Source of the DNA: a virus
Virus record (IMG/VR): IMGVR_UViG_3300044691_000355
Location: 68,773-132,772 of that record
Direction: 5' to 3' (one strand)
DNA: 64,000 nt
Shown here: positions 45,393 to 55,569 of the stretch, one piece after another
Position numbering within the stretch: the first letter of the stretch is position 1
Layout of the letters: every line of letters begins with the position of its first letter
Translations under genes and position numbers: made by a program
Notes under the pieces: generated by a model
Database searches by the model: none
What the model saw: only the letters and a program-made list of their open reading frames with translations
What the model was told of the DNA's origin: nothing

Positions 45393-45601
45393 TCACGTAA
45401 CCTCTGCAGTTCTGCAAACACGCCGTTTCGTCGATTTCAGCCACCGCAAAAACGTCTTCACCTGGCACTCCCTGTGAACATCGCCGCCGCGCGAATAGAT
45501 CACGTGACCGTTACCGACCGCGAGCACATAGCGCATCCGCTTGCCGACGATGTAGCGCCGCTCGACTTCGATTGGGGGGGGGTAGACGCATCGTCGCTCA
45601 C
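45393..45601 (-). pseudogene. Small gene out of frame at a C9 tract (45574-45582); 69 aa if C10
   Basis: GTGA-coupled start; distal frame RYVLAVGNGHVIYSRGGDVHRECQVKTFLRW has no start before the tract. Confidence 0.5.
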
Positions 45602-46176
45602 GAGTTCAGGCCCGCTCGATCCTGCGCCGGCTTGCGGTGGGTGCGCTTCGGTGGCTTCACCGACGCAGCGGCCTTCTCCCGCGGCTCAAAATCAAAATAC
45701 AACTGCCCCGACGATTCCACCAGCCGCCGCGCCTGCATGACTTCCGGACTCGCCTCGCCATGGCGCTGCGCAACCTCATCGAACCACCCAAAAAATCTAT
45801 CATGCTTGCGCATCAGCAGTTTCGGCCGGTCGAGAACATCGCACACCATTTCGCCAGTGTCCTTGTCGATCTTGCGCGTAAGGTGGGTCAACTCGTGATC
45901 GACCAGCGCGTCGCGCTGACGTTGCGAAAGAGCTAACCAGCCAGCTCGGTCAATCACAATCGTTGCGTCAGCAATACCCAACGCGCGATCCTTGAGCGGC
46001 GTGATGCGCACGACTGCGCCCGCCGGATATCCTTGGTGTTTCAGCACTGGGAACGTTGACTCTAAGTCGAAAATGAAAAGCGCTGAGACGGTCACGTCCT
46101 CGAGATCCGTGTGGTGGGCGGCTTGGATTTTCTCGATGCAGGTGGTTGCGTCAGGTGCTTGGCTGTAGGTTTTCAT
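45598..46176 (-). CDS. Putative phage metallopeptidase
   Basis: LVDHELTH, KHD, V.RHG. Confidence 0.75.
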   Translation of the reverse strand: MKTYSQAPDATTCIEKIQAAHHTDLEDVTVSALFIFDLESTFPVLKHQGYPAGAVVRITPLKDRALGIADATIVIDRAGWLALSQRQRDALVDHELTHLTRKIDKDTGEMVCDVLDRPKLLMRKHDRFFGWFDEVAQRHGEASPEVMQARRLVESSGQLYFDFEPREKAAASVKPPKRTHRKPAQDRAGLNS

Positions 46177-46438
46177 GCTTGGTTCGCTTTGCGTTTATTT
46201 CCAGTGGTTGACCGAATGCTTTTGCGAACAACGCGGCAAACGTCGCATGCCCGCGCTCGCCGTACGTCGTGTGCATCAAACTCAAATCATGCTCGATGAT
46301 CGCAGCGGCCAGTCGATTACGAGCCGCGGTAAAATCTCCGCCGATGCATACCGGGATTCCAAATTGCTTGCGCAAGCGGCTCGCGAAAAACAGCAGTTTG
46401 TCGAGCTCGGTGAACTGGTCTTGCGCGACGGTGCTCAT
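46151..46438 (-). CDS. Phage hypothetical protein
   Basis: ATGA-coupled. Confidence 0.6.
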   Translation of the reverse strand: MSTVAQDQFTELDKLLFFASRLRKQFGIPVCIGGDFTAARNRLAAAIIEHDLSLMHTTYGERGHATFAALFAKAFGQPLEINAKRTKHENLQPST

Positions 46439-47040
46439 GCGTGTAAGTCCGGTAATTGTTCCTGCACGGCTTCGGCGTTGCGCTGCTGATGTGGGGTTGG
46501 CCCGCGGCGAAAACTACTCATGGCTTCGCGGTGCACGTCGGTATCAGCCAGCATTGCGGCGACGCTGAATCCAAGCCTCGTGCCATCATCGAAATCAATG
46601 ACGACGCCCGTGCATTCGGCGCATTTCTCGAATCCCTTTGGTCTGGTTGCGTCCCACCATTCGCGATAGACATACGTCCAAGGTCGTGAGTATTGCCAGA
46701 GTTTCTTTAGGTCGTTCTCAACCACAGCGGCTGAAAATTTTTGGTGCATTTTCAGCATCGCGTATTCGCAAAGTTGCTCTTGCAACGTCGCAATTGGCTT
46801 GGTCTGCGCGATCGGCATGTTGACGCAGGTCTGCAGGAACTGACCTAACGTCGGCGGGTGTATCGGGCTTACCGAGATGATTGCCCTGATGCCGTACGTG
46901 ATCTGCTCATCCGTCAGATCGTCAACGGCGTCTTGCCATGGCTTAGGTATGTCGGCGCCGTAGGTTTCGGCAATACGGGTTCCGTAGCTTTGAATCAATC
47001 GGTCCCAAAGCCGGTCGGCGCGTTTATTCTTGGTTGCCAT
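46435..47040 (-). CDS. Replication accessory protein (P-like position)
   Basis: AGGA RBS; W..L..YG, PPTLGQF..C; follows initiator. Confidence 0.6.
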   Translation of the reverse strand: MATKNKRADRLWDRLIQSYGTRIAETYGADIPKPWQDAVDDLTDEQITYGIRAIISVSPIHPPTLGQFLQTCVNMPIAQTKPIATLQEQLCEYAMLKMHQKFSAAVVENDLKKLWQYSRPWTYVYREWWDATRPKGFEKCAECTGVVIDFDDGTRLGFSVAAMLADTDVHREAMSSFRRGPTPHQQRNAEAVQEQLPDLHA

Positions 47041-47776
47041 TGCGCATGTCCTGAATTTCTTGGAAGCGGGTTTTGCGCGGCGGCTTTCCTTGCGGTGAGC
47101 GCTCCTGTCGATCGCGCATTCGGTTGCGCCAAGTGGCAATCCAGTCGGCTTTTTTTCCCTTGGCGCCTGGCACACCCTTCCAGTAGTCGACGAATTCAGC
47201 GGTCGCCTCGTCAAGATTGACGTTCGGCGCTTTGACCTTAGCCCACTCTCGCAGCTCGCCTGTTATCTCAAACGGAAGCGGTATCCTAGTCCCGGCATCA
47301 GCGCGCTGGCGCGCATCTGATTTGTCTTTATCTTTGTCTTTTCTTAATTCTTCATTGGAGTCTGGAGTCTGGATAGTGGAGTCTGGAGTCTGGATAGCTT
47401 TAGACCTGGGTTCTTTTTTTAAACCCACTGGGTTTTTAGTTGATAACCCACTGGGTTTCTTAGGTCTTCCACCCTTGCTACCGTTTTCGCGGGCTATGTC
47501 ACTCAATTCACTAGCTAAAGTCATTTCCTCGAAAGCGCGTCCATTCACAAATCCGCTTTCAGTTCGCGTCCAAAATAGAGCCGCTACTTTATCAATGGCT
47601 TGACGCTCTTTTTTTTCAAACGCGCGACAAATTCGATACAAATCGCGTCCAATCGGAAGCGGTTTCTCGGTTCCATAGTAAGCGTGGAGCATCAAAAGAT
47701 ATGCGCCGTGCTCGATCATCGACAGCGATCCGGTCTTCTTGGCGTAGTCCCCAATGTGGTGCTTGTAGAAATTCAC
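47024..47776 (-). CDS. Replication initiator (DUF1376/YdaU-like)
   Basis: FYKHHIGDY, EHGAY, NGSKGGRP, FVDYW, DWIATWRN. Confidence 0.85.
   Translation of the reverse strand: MNFYKHHIGDYAKKTGSLSMIEHGAYLLMLHAYYGTEKPLPIGRDLYRICRAFEKKERQAIDKVAALFWTRTESGFVNGRAFEEMTLASELSDIARENGSKGGRPKKPSGLSTKNPVGLKKEPRSKAIQTPDSTIQTPDSNEELRKDKDKDKSDARQRADAGTRIPLPFEITGELREWAKVKAPNVNLDEATAEFVDYWKGVPGAKGKKADWIATWRNRMRDRQERSPQGKPPRKTRFQEIQDMRNGNQE
47321..47458. repeat. Putative replication origin inside initiator gene
   Basis: AACCCACTGGGTT x2 (47422, 47445), 21-bp direct repeat x2 (47356-47397), AT-rich flank. Confidence 0.65.
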
Positions 47777-48093
47777 TGGAGCGCCACACGCCAACCATAC
47801 GGCCTGTGATCAATGGTTTCTGGTCCCTTGGACGAATTACGCCAAGCACAAAGAGGCTGGATGTTGTCGATACCGTCTGATCCGCACAGGTAGATTGGGA
47901 CGATGTGATCACGATCCTGATGCCCATCGCGGCCACAGCGAACGCATTGGAATTGACAGAATCGCCGCAGCGCCTGCCACTGCGCCGGCGTGTGTGTGGC
48001 AATGGATCGCGCTGCCTTGAGTCGCGCGTGCCTGATCTGACGCAGTTGCCGCCGTTGCAAATAGCGATCATGGTCTGAAGTAAGCGCCATCAC
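47773..48093 (-). CDS. HNH endonuclease (second CxxC degenerate)
   Basis: CVRCG, DHIVP, NIQPLCAWRNSSKG. Confidence 0.75.
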   Translation of the reverse strand: MMALTSDHDRYLQRRQLRQIRHARLKAARSIATHTPAQWQALRRFCQFQCVRCGRDGHQDRDHIVPIYLCGSDGIDNIQPLCAWRNSSKGPETIDHRPYGWRVALQ

Positions 48094-48581
48094 CTCCGCA
48101 CCCTCGCCCGCCGGTTAGCGTAACGCTGCAGCCGATACCAAATACACAATCGGCATTCGTACGTATCAGCCAGGATCATGAGCCGCCCTATGCGCGCGAT
48201 CATCCGGTCGTTGGCGGCTGGCGTCATGATGGGATGGCTCCGCGCGCTGTGGGGTACCTGACAAAAGCGCATGCGCTATCGACGGAGACGAGTACCTGGC
48301 ACAGCTTGCGGCTGCCGTAACTCATTCTGGCTTGCTGAGCGGGATCGGTCACAACGGTTGGAGCCGGAAAAGATAAGTGCCGCAGGGGCGGGAGGGATAC
48401 TCCATGCGCCCCATTGGCTTCGCGTGTACGGGAACCGGCACCGCAAGCACTCCGGTGATCGGCGGCGTCCCGCTCGAGCCGGCTACAGAGATTCCACGCG
48501 CTTGCGGACACTGGAATCGGTATGACTCTTTCAGGGCTGCCGCCCCAAGGTCCCCTTGTGTATTTGTGTTTGCGGCTCGCG

Positions 48582-49133
48582 TCATCGCCGCCCTCCCCGT
48601 CTCATCCCGTTGTCTTCCGTGGGCGTCCCGCCTAATTCGGTCTGCGTACCGTTGGCGCGGGGAACCACCCAAAGCGCCGGGCCGCGCCGCACGTTGCAGT
48701 GGTGACATACCGCGTCGACCTGCAGCGGCTTTAAATAATCTCGATGGTCGTAGACTGTTGCGCGTTTACGCTTGCAATCTACGCAGATGGTAGTGCCATC
48801 GAGATAAGGAAGCTTTCCAGTTGCCTTGGCAATGGATACCAACGCGATCGCGCGGCGCTGAGCCTGTTTGTAGGTTGATGCCGTGGCCCTAACCGCGGGC
48901 GCAAGCAGCCCAAGTTTTCGTAACGCCTCGCGATGAACTGCGCGTCGTTCACTTGCTAGTTGGCGCTGGCATGCATTGCATACCGTTGTTAGTTTGCGAC
49001 TGAACATCGGTTCCGTGCACCGCGGGCACGCATGCAACTGTCGTTGCGATGAGCCGCGCTGACACCATCGAGCCGACGCCCAGTTGAATCGAGCCACCGG
49101 CTTCGGGCGATTCCATACGAGATGCGGCCTCAT
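48582..49133 (-). CDS. Zn-finger/HNH-like protein
   Basis: CPRC, CNAC, CVDC, YDHRDYLKPLQVDAVCHHCN. Confidence 0.65.
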   Translation of the reverse strand: MRPHLVWNRPKPVARFNWASARWCQRGSSQRQLHACPRCTEPMFSRKLTTVCNACQRQLASERRAVHREALRKLGLLAPAVRATASTYKQAQRRAIALVSIAKATGKLPYLDGTTICVDCKRKRATVYDHRDYLKPLQVDAVCHHCNVRRGPALWVVPRANGTQTELGGTPTEDNGMRRGGRR

Positions 49134-49360
49134 TTGCGCCGACTCCCTGACTGTCCCTGCGAATCCCCGTCATGGCCCTCGCTTGGGGCCAGCGCCAGAA
49201 GTAACTTGGCCTTCCGCACGGCAACAATGGCTATCTTGTGCATTTCGTCTCTAAGGACTTCCTGCTTGGTTCGCCCACTTTCGCGCGCTTCGGATTCCAG
49301 ATAAGCCATCGTTTCATTGGTGATTTTCAGCCGTTTCAAGTCGTCGAGAGGCAGGCTCAT
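49130..49360 (-). CDS. CII-position small regulator (ribbon-helix-helix-like)
   Basis: AAGGA RBS; downstream of cro. Confidence 0.55.
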   Translation of the reverse strand: MSLPLDDLKRLKITNETMAYLESEARESGRTKQEVLRDEMHKIAIVAVRKAKLLLALAPSEGHDGDSQGQSGSRRK

Positions 49361-49457
49361 GCGCGCAGTCCTTCGCGAAAATATGTCCAGTTAATTGATG
49401 AATATGTGCAGTCACGCGGTTTGAGGTATCCCTGTCCCATTCGAGGCGCGGCCGCGG

Positions 49458-49649
49458 TTAGACGACGGCTTGATCGTGAAAATAGGCCGCGAGCTTTTCG
49501 ATATGGCTCACGCCAGGATCCGCAATTTCCCCGCTGGCGATCTTTTGAATCGTGCGATTCGATACGCCAGTGGCTTCCGCAATCGCTGGCCAAGTGCCCT
49601 TGCTGTCTTGAAGACGCGAGATGACGAACTCGTATAGCGACTGTTTCAT
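49458..49649 (-). CDS. cro: Cro-like HTH repressor
   Basis: IAEATGVSNRTIQKIASGEIADPG; divergent from cI. Confidence 0.8.
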   Translation of the reverse strand: MKQSLYEFVISRLQDSKGTWPAIAEATGVSNRTIQKIASGEIADPGVSHIEKLAAYFHDQAVV

Positions 49650-49663
49650 GCGGTCGAATCGTA

Positions 49664-49679
49664 TACCCAACTTTGGGTA
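49664..49679. promoter_or_regulatory. Operator TACCCAACTTTGGGTA upstream of cro
   Basis: Near-palindrome, identical copy at 50197-50212. Confidence 0.8.
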
Positions 49680-49725
49680 CACGCAACCCAGAAACGAAGT
49701 TGGCGATGAAATATTGTTTGCGCGT

Positions 49726-50082
49726 ATGCCAAAAAAAGAAGGCAAGCGGGGGACGCGGCCAGCATCTGCACCGGCGAAAAAATTGCGAGGCATCTTAGCG
49801 CGTAACGTCGAGCTATTGATTGATCGCGATTACCCCGCCAATCGGTATTCAACCGAGTCCGCGCGCCTGCAGAAGGTGGCGACTGATGCCGGAGTATCCT
49901 GGTCATCCGTGCAGCGCGCCCTTAATCCCAATGTTGGCAATACGCTGGACGTGCTCGCCGACTTGGCCGGACTGTTCACCATAAAACCGCACGAATTGCT
50001 CGACCCGGAGCTCGCCGATCGCCTCGCAGAGGCCATCGAGGAAAGCGCCAAAAAACCAGGATCACAGGGCAATCCATCCTGA
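49726..50082 (+). CDS. cI: CI-like XRE repressor without peptidase domain
   Basis: ILARNV, VATDAGVSWSSVQR, TLDVLADLA; flanked by operators. Confidence 0.75.
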   Translation: MPKKEGKRGTRPASAPAKKLRGILARNVELLIDRDYPANRYSTESARLQKVATDAGVSWSSVQRALNPNVGNTLDVLADLAGLFTIKPHELLDPELADRLAEAIEESAKKPGSQGNPS

Positions 50083-50175
50083 ACGATAGCGAGGTTTTGA
50101 GCCTCCTAGAATCGGGGAAACTCCCCGCCTCCGCATGCCGGGATCCCTCACACCTTAAAAATAAATTTTAGCTCA

Positions 50176-50218
50176 TACCCATTTATGGGTTGACTGTACC
50201 CAACTTTGGGTATAGTGT
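50176..50218 (+). promoter_or_regulatory. Early promoter TTGACT-N17-TAGTGT overlapped by two operators
   Basis: TACCCATTTATGGGTT 50176-50191 and TACCCAACTTTGGGTA 50197-50212. Confidence 0.75.
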
Positions 50219-50224
50219 CGTTAC

Positions 50225-52140
50225 ATGGTCAACAAAGACGACATGAGCGAACACGACTTGGCACTGCGAACCGCCCAAGGCTTCGCCAAGCTATTGCGCG
50301 ACATCTATTCCGAGGAAACACTGCTGGATCTGGCCGCGCTGAAATTGAAGCGCATGTCGACGCCTGACGGTGAGACGCTGCCGGGGCACGAACGCGCCCG
50401 CTCCTGGTTCGACGAGACCATGCGCCGCGGCTGCACGGATGAGGCGCCGCCGCTATGACCAAACTGCACCCAATCTTTGAGCAGGCGCTTGCGCCGTTCT
50501 TCCCGCCCATCGCGGATCGTAGCGTACGCATGGCCCGCTGCGGCTGCGGCAAGACAGAGCCATCATCAAGCAAGCTCGCGTTCTTTGAGCCGTGCGGCGA
50601 TGGCTCAAAAGTGGCGACCGAGACCTGCACGTGCGGCTATCACCGCGTCGCGCACCGGCCGGATTTCCAGCATGCATGCGCGCAGTTCAAAGCGAAAGGC
50701 GCGCAGCAATTTGACCGCTTTTATTGTGGCTGTCGCGGGTGGGACTGAGATGACCAGTTCCTCCCTCCGCCTCGCCGCCCTGGTCGTAATCTCCGTCGTG
50801 ATGGGCCTGGGCTATGCGCCGGTCGCTGAATTCATCGCGCGGAGCATCTGGCATCTCGCACGCATCGTCGGGGGTGGCACGTGAGCGGCACGGATCTCAG
50901 GCTCAAGGGTAAGTCTCCGTTCAGTCGACTGCTCGACCTGCAGGCGTACGGTAACGTCTATCTACACGCCTCGGTCTATCTGCGCGCCAAGTGCCCGAAG
51001 ATGGTGGCGTACGCCAGTGCAAAGCTATCCGACTGCTATCTCTTATTGCGCAAACATGGCAGTCCGTATAGCCACGGCCTGTGGGTGGGACACGCCTGCT
51101 TTGACGTGAGCGAGGGCGAAGCGCAGCAAATTCGCGCGATGTTTGAGCCGCTTGGCCTTCGCATCGAGAGCGAGATGGCGCGGGGAATCGAACTGCGATC
51201 GAGCGCGGACGCGGCGGTGCATCCGTGAGCCTCGTCGACCAAACCGCGACACTGATGGCCGCGCAGCTCGTGGAGTTGAACAGAATCGTCAACTCACCGC
51301 GTTCAAGCGCTGAGATACGCTCGCTCGCCCTCTCGCTTGCCTACGAGTACGGCAAGCTCGATGGCCGAAAGCTAGCCGCGGACAACATCGCGCGAACGTT
51401 GCATATCGGCGCGGTGCGGCCGTGAGCCGTCGCCGAATCCGTAGCGTCGAATATCGCGCGCGCCGCCAAACGCTTCACGCCGGCCGCCATTACTTCATCG
51501 ATGAGCCGCTGCCCGGCGGCGGTGAGCCCGCGCCGTATCTTGCGGGATCGCGCGTGACCGAATACCGCCGCGGCGTCATCGTTTCGGTCGACATCGATCC
51601 TGGCGCGCATGCCGACGGCGTGTCGATCAAGCGCAGCATGTCGGTGCCGTCATGAAATCGCCGTCAATCTCGGGTGAGGCGTTTGCGGGGAAGCCAGCCT
51701 ATGTAGGTAAGTCGCTGCACGTCGCTGTTGACGCTCTTAGTCGCGACCAACGCTATTCAGTCTGGACGAACGATGGAGAAAATCCCATCGCGTACTGCGT
51801 CGACGCGGGTACTGCGCACTTGCTGGCCGCCGCGCCCGATCTGGCCGATGCCACGCGTGATCTGCTCAAGGCGTTTCGAGATTGCGTCGGTGCCGCGGCA
51901 TTTTGGGAATTTGAGCAGGGCAACCGGGCTGTACGCGCTGCGCAACGCGCGCTCGCGAAGGTGTCCGCATGAGCCTGGAACTCGCCGCCGCCCTAGCGCT
52001 GCTGATCACTTGCATCGTCGGCGTTGGCGTCTGCGTAATCATCAAACGCCGCAAGCCAACGCTTCTACAAGCCCCTGAGCGCGCGGCTATTCGCGAAGTC
52101 TACGAGCATGCGCACCGCGTCGGGAATATGCGGGGGGTGA
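50225..52140 (+). other. Run of small coupled early hypothetical genes (50225, 50455, 50750, 50881, 51225, 51422, 51652, 51969)
   Basis: Successive ATGA/GTGA overlaps on + strand. Confidence 0.65.
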
Positions 52141-52141
52141 A

Positions 52142-53131
52142 ATGAACGCAGCGCTCATCGATGTAGGGACGCTCGATCGCCAGACCTACTTGGGCGGCGG
52201 CGATATCGCAGGCGTCCTAGGGTTATCGCCCTGGACGTCGCGCCTCGGCGTGTTCCAGAAAAAGACTGAAGTTCAAGAGGATCGACCGTCTTCAGGCAAG
52301 AAGAAACTCTTCAGCCGCGGCAAGGTGTGGGAAAAAGTCGTAGGCGAAATGCTCGTCGCCGAACTCGAAGCGCGCGAGCACACCGTTGAAGTCTTGAGCA
52401 CCAATCACCGCTATCTCGATCCCGCTGTACCCTACTTCGCCGCGGAGATCGACTACGAGATACGGCTCGACGATATTCCCGGCATCGTCAACGTGGAATT
52501 GAAGACAGTCCATCCAAACGCATCGCGCGAGTGGGGAGAGTCGGATACGGACGAATGCCCTGTGCACTACGCCGCGCAAGCCATGTGGGGCTTAGGTATC
52601 ACGGGGCGCACGTGCTGCCTGGTCGCGCCGCTGTTTGGCGCCGATGAAATCCGCGTGTATCCGATCGTGCGTGACGAGGCGACCATCGAGGGCATGCGCA
52701 AAATGGCGCGCGAGTTTTGGGAGCAGCACGTCATTGCACGCGTGGCGCCGGAGCCAGTCGATCTGCGCGACGTCGACCGGCTGTTTAAGCGCGAGGCCGA
52801 TAGAGGTGTTGTCGCTGACGAGTGGGCGGTCGAACGGCTCATGCGCTACCGCGCCTGCGATGCGGAAATCGAGGCGCGAGCGCTGGAGCGCGATGTACTT
52901 GAATTTCAGCTTAAGCGCTATATGGGCGCTGCGAACACGCTCACCCTGCACGGATCGGATACGCCAGCGATCACCTGGAAATCAAGGCCGAACGCGCATT
53001 TAGATCAAGAACGCCTCAAGGCCGAATATCCGAAGCTGCACGCGCAATTCTTAAAGCGCGGCACCTCACGAGTTTTTCAAGTCAAGACAACGGCTGCGAG
53101 CAAAGCGGTCAACACCATAGGAAACGTATGA
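52142..53131 (+). CDS. YqaJ-like (lambda-exo family) recombination exonuclease
   Basis: LGGGDIA, IDY..VELKT, Y..Q, FWE.HV. Confidence 0.88.
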   Translation: MNAALIDVGTLDRQTYLGGGDIAGVLGLSPWTSRLGVFQKKTEVQEDRPSSGKKKLFSRGKVWEKVVGEMLVAELEAREHTVEVLSTNHRYLDPAVPYFAAEIDYEIRLDDIPGIVNVELKTVHPNASREWGESDTDECPVHYAAQAMWGLGITGRTCCLVAPLFGADEIRVYPIVRDEATIEGMRKMAREFWEQHVIARVAPEPVDLRDVDRLFKREADRGVVADEWAVERLMRYRACDAEIEARALERDVLEFQLKRYMGAANTLTLHGSDTPAITWKSRPNAHLDQERLKAEYPKLHAQFLKRGTSRVFQVKTTAASKAVNTIGNV

Positions 53132-54204
53132 ACCAACCCATATCATCGGCGGATCGATTGCGTTCGGCTGCGACCGGGCAAGTCGCGAAGCGCGTACCCG
53201 AAAGCCTGCCGGAAATGCTGAACGCCTACGGCTCGCAGATCGCCGCTGCGCTCCCGCGTCACATCACCAAGGAGCGCATGATTCGCATCGCCCTCACCGC
53301 GTTTCGGCAAAACCCGAAGCTCGCGGCCTGCGATCCGAAGTCAGTCTTTGCCTGCGTCATCATGTCGGCGCAATTGGGGCTCGAGGTCGGTGTGCTCGGT
53401 CAAGCATACTTGGTGCCCTACAAGCAGCGTGACGGCAGTTTTATTTGCACATTCATCCCCGGCTGGCAGGGATTGCAGGACCTGGTGAACCGCTCAGGCC
53501 GGGCGACGACGTGGACGGGCGCGGTCTACGCTGGCGATGAGTTTGATTACGAATACGGCTCTAGCCCGATGATCCATCACAAGCCCTGCGGCGAGGATGA
53601 CCCGGCGGCGATGACGCACGCGTATGCAATTGGCCGCGTGCGCGGCGGCGAGTACCCGATCATCGAGGTGTGGCCGGCGCTGAAAATCAAACGCCACCGT
53701 GACCGGTACAACAAGGTCGGCGATAAGCACTATTCGTATGAGAACGCGGAGATGTACGCGCGCAAAGTGCCGCTCATGCAAGTGTTCAAGTACGTGCCGA
53801 AGTCGGTCGAGATGGCCACTGCGCTGGGGCTTGACTTCGCGGCCGACGCCGGTACGCAGATGATCGACTTGAAGGATGCGGTCGAAGGTAATTTCCTACC
53901 ACCTGTCGCCGAGCAAGACCCGGCGCAGGAAACCGAGAAAACGGGTAGCGATGCGGGCAATGGCGCGATGCCGTCAACTGGCAGCACGGAATCCGTCGAC
54001 CCTCGCCGCGAAATCGACCAGCCAGGAATCATCGCGACGCTGCGCAAGGCTGCTACCACCGACGAGCTGGCCACGCAATGGGATCTGGTGCGCTCGATCT
54101 ATAAGGCCGCCGGCAAAGAAATTCCGATAGATATCGAGGCCTGCAAGCACGATCACGGAGAAACGCTCAAGCAGCGCGAAGCCAAGGCGACGAAAGGCAA
54201 ATGA
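53128..54204 (+). CDS. recT: RecT single-strand annealing protein
   Basis: AQLGLE, AYLVPY, GWQGL, VY.GD.F, EM.RK..K.PKS. Confidence 0.92.
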   Translation: MNQPISSADRLRSAATGQVAKRVPESLPEMLNAYGSQIAAALPRHITKERMIRIALTAFRQNPKLAACDPKSVFACVIMSAQLGLEVGVLGQAYLVPYKQRDGSFICTFIPGWQGLQDLVNRSGRATTWTGAVYAGDEFDYEYGSSPMIHHKPCGEDDPAAMTHAYAIGRVRGGEYPIIEVWPALKIKRHRDRYNKVGDKHYSYENAEMYARKVPLMQVFKYVPKSVEMATALGLDFAADAGTQMIDLKDAVEGNFLPPVAEQDPAQETEKTGSDAGNGAMPSTGSTESVDPRREIDQPGIIATLRKAATTDELATQWDLVRSIYKAAGKEIPIDIEACKHDHGETLKQREAKATKGK

Positions 54205-54246
54205 TCCGCGTTCCTCAGCGCCAAAGCAATCACAGGAGAATAATTC

Positions 54247-55569
54247 ATGCGCATCGTCCGACTTGAGTCAGAAGGGATAAAACGCCTCTACGCGGTGTCG
54301 ATCACGCCAGATGGCAATGTGGTCGAGGTCACTGGAAAAAACGGCGAGGGGAAAAGCAGCACTCTCGATTCGATATGGTATGCCGTCGGCGGCTCGGCTA
54401 ATATCCCCGCGCAGCCGATCCGCAAGGGCGCGCAAGAGGCCCGCATCCGTCTCGACATGGGCGAAATCATCGTCACGCGCAAGTTCAAGCGCAAAGGCGA
54501 GCACGAGTACACGACGTCCGTGACTGTCGAGAATGCCGACGGCGCGCTGTTCAAGAGCCCGCAAGAGCGGCTGAATGCGCTGTTCTCCGCGCTGACTTTC
54601 GATCCGCTGGATTTTCTGCGCGCGAAGCCCAAAGACCAGTACGACATGGTGCGTGTCTTCGTGCCCGACATCGATTTCCAATTGATCGAGGATCAGAACC
54701 GCGGTGACTTCGAGCGGCGCACCGAAGCCAATAAGCGCCTTGCTGAAGCCAAGGCGGCAGCGGGGCTGATCGTCATTCCCAATGATTTGCCTGACGAGGC
54801 GGACGAAGCGGCGTTACTCGACCAGATGACGAACGCAGCCCAGCATAACTCCAACATCGAGCGCGAGAGCGAGCATCGACAGCAGCGCGCCGCCGACATC
54901 GAGCGTGCGCTTTTGAAGGTTGGCCAATATCGCGATGAGCGGGATGCGCTTCGCAAAAAGGCGGAGGCGATGGAGGCGGCTGCAGTCGCGCTGGAGCAGC
55001 AAATTGCGTTGGATGAGACGAGCCTGAAATCCGCCGGATCGCTGGCCAAGCCCATCGACGTGGCCCAGGTCCGCCTGCAGCACGCCCAAGCCCAGGCGGC
55101 AAACCAGCGCATCGCTAAGGCCGCGGAAGACCAGCGCCGCAAATCATCGCTTGAAAAAGTGGCTGGCGATGCCGCGCTGCTGTCGGATGAACTCACGAAC
55201 CGGATCGCGGCGCGCAACAAGACGAAGCACGACGCCATTGCAGCGGCGAAAATGCCGGTCGAAGGGTTGGGATTCGGTGACGGCTACATCACGCTGAATG
55301 ACCTGCCGTTTGATCAGGCATCCAGTGCCGAGCAATTGAAGGCGTCGGTGGGCATCGCCATGCGCACCAATTCCAAGCTGCGCGTGATCCTGATCAAAGA
55401 CGGCTCGCTGCTGGATGCTGATAGTTTCGCGCTGCTGACGGAGCTGGCGGAAGAAAACGGATTTCAGGTGTGGGTTGAATCGGTGTTCGCGCATAGCGAA
55501 GCGGCGCTAGTCATCGAGGACGGGCGCGTGAGGGCAAAGGTCAACGCCGAAGAAGAAGCGACCGCATGA
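54247..55569 (+). CDS. SMC/Rad50-like ABC ATPase
   Basis: GKNGEGKSS, coiled coil, ASSAEQ, ILIKDGSLLD. Confidence 0.85.
   Translation: MRIVRLESEGIKRLYAVSITPDGNVVEVTGKNGEGKSSTLDSIWYAVGGSANIPAQPIRKGAQEARIRLDMGEIIVTRKFKRKGEHEYTTSVTVENADGALFKSPQERLNALFSALTFDPLDFLRAKPKDQYDMVRVFVPDIDFQLIEDQNRGDFERRTEANKRLAEAKAAAGLIVIPNDLPDEADEAALLDQMTNAAQHNSNIERESEHRQQRAADIERALLKVGQYRDERDALRKKAEAMEAAAVALEQQIALDETSLKSAGSLAKPIDVAQVRLQHAQAQAANQRIAKAAEDQRRKSSLEKVAGDAALLSDELTNRIAARNKTKHDAIAAAKMPVEGLGFGDGYITLNDLPFDQASSAEQLKASVGIAMRTNSKLRVILIKDGSLLDADSFALLTELAEENGFQVWVESVFAHSEAALVIEDGRVRAKVNAEEEATA

Noticed and set aside
54247-55569. SMC-like ATPase as a Wadjet/Lamassu defence system
   Set aside because: No partner genes; it sits in the usual phage recombination module after recT
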